A stretch of 64,000 bases of DNA, from the NCBI GenBank assembly GCA_030390025.1, contig CM059432.1, positions 39,124,001 to 39,188,000 on the forward strand, read 5' to 3'. Below the pieces are notes generated by a model. The model saw nothing but the letters and a program-made list of their open reading frames with translations, was not told the origin of the DNA and did not search any database. The translations under genes and the position numbers were made by a program. Position 1 is the stretch's first letter. Each line of letters opens with the position of its first letter. The stretch is from Squalus acanthias. Lineage: Eukaryota. Positions 63,781 to 64,000 of this stretch are shown here, in pieces.

Positions 63781-64000
63781 AGGTGTCGGGAGTCCCTCAC
63801 ATCCATGGCACAGAAAGCAGAATGGTCGCGGAGCTGTCAAAAGCTACAGTCTCTGCTTTCTGTGCTGGATTGATTTCTAACTCAGTCTAAGTACAGGGAC
63901 TCACGTTAGAAATCATATTGTCAGGGTTTGACAGCTTCACAGAGTTGTCAAACGCTGAAATTTCATCTGTCAAAAGCTCTTGACAGATGAAATTTCAATG

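Overview
Repeat-dense vertebrate DNA. The repeat repertoire (CR1, L2, DeuSINE, Penelope, Harbinger MITEs) suggests a cartilaginous fish; this is inferred, not proven. No host exon could be supported. The centrepiece is a ~14.6 kb decayed minus-strand provirus (16091-30651) with ~1.08 kb LTRs, PBS and PPT. It has a coiled-coil + CCHC gag ending in PTAP and a UGA-CUAG readthrough context, and a spuma-like PR-RT(YVDD)-tether-RNase H-IN pol. Its env resembles a paramyxo/pneumovirus F-type fusion protein, the architecture described for lokiretroviruses, and appears to carry an extra N-terminal Ig-like domain. The provirus hosts nested insertions: a hammerhead-bearing Penelope fragment in the 3' LTR, and a CR1 in the 3' UTR that is itself split by a 1.68 kb solo LTR with the same TGTAAG...CTACA termini. 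Also present are a near-intact full-length CR1, a LINE with a tRNA-like head plus its SINE-like derivative, two further solo LTRs, and many Harbinger-type elements. Family assignments come from motif recognition by eye; no database search was run.
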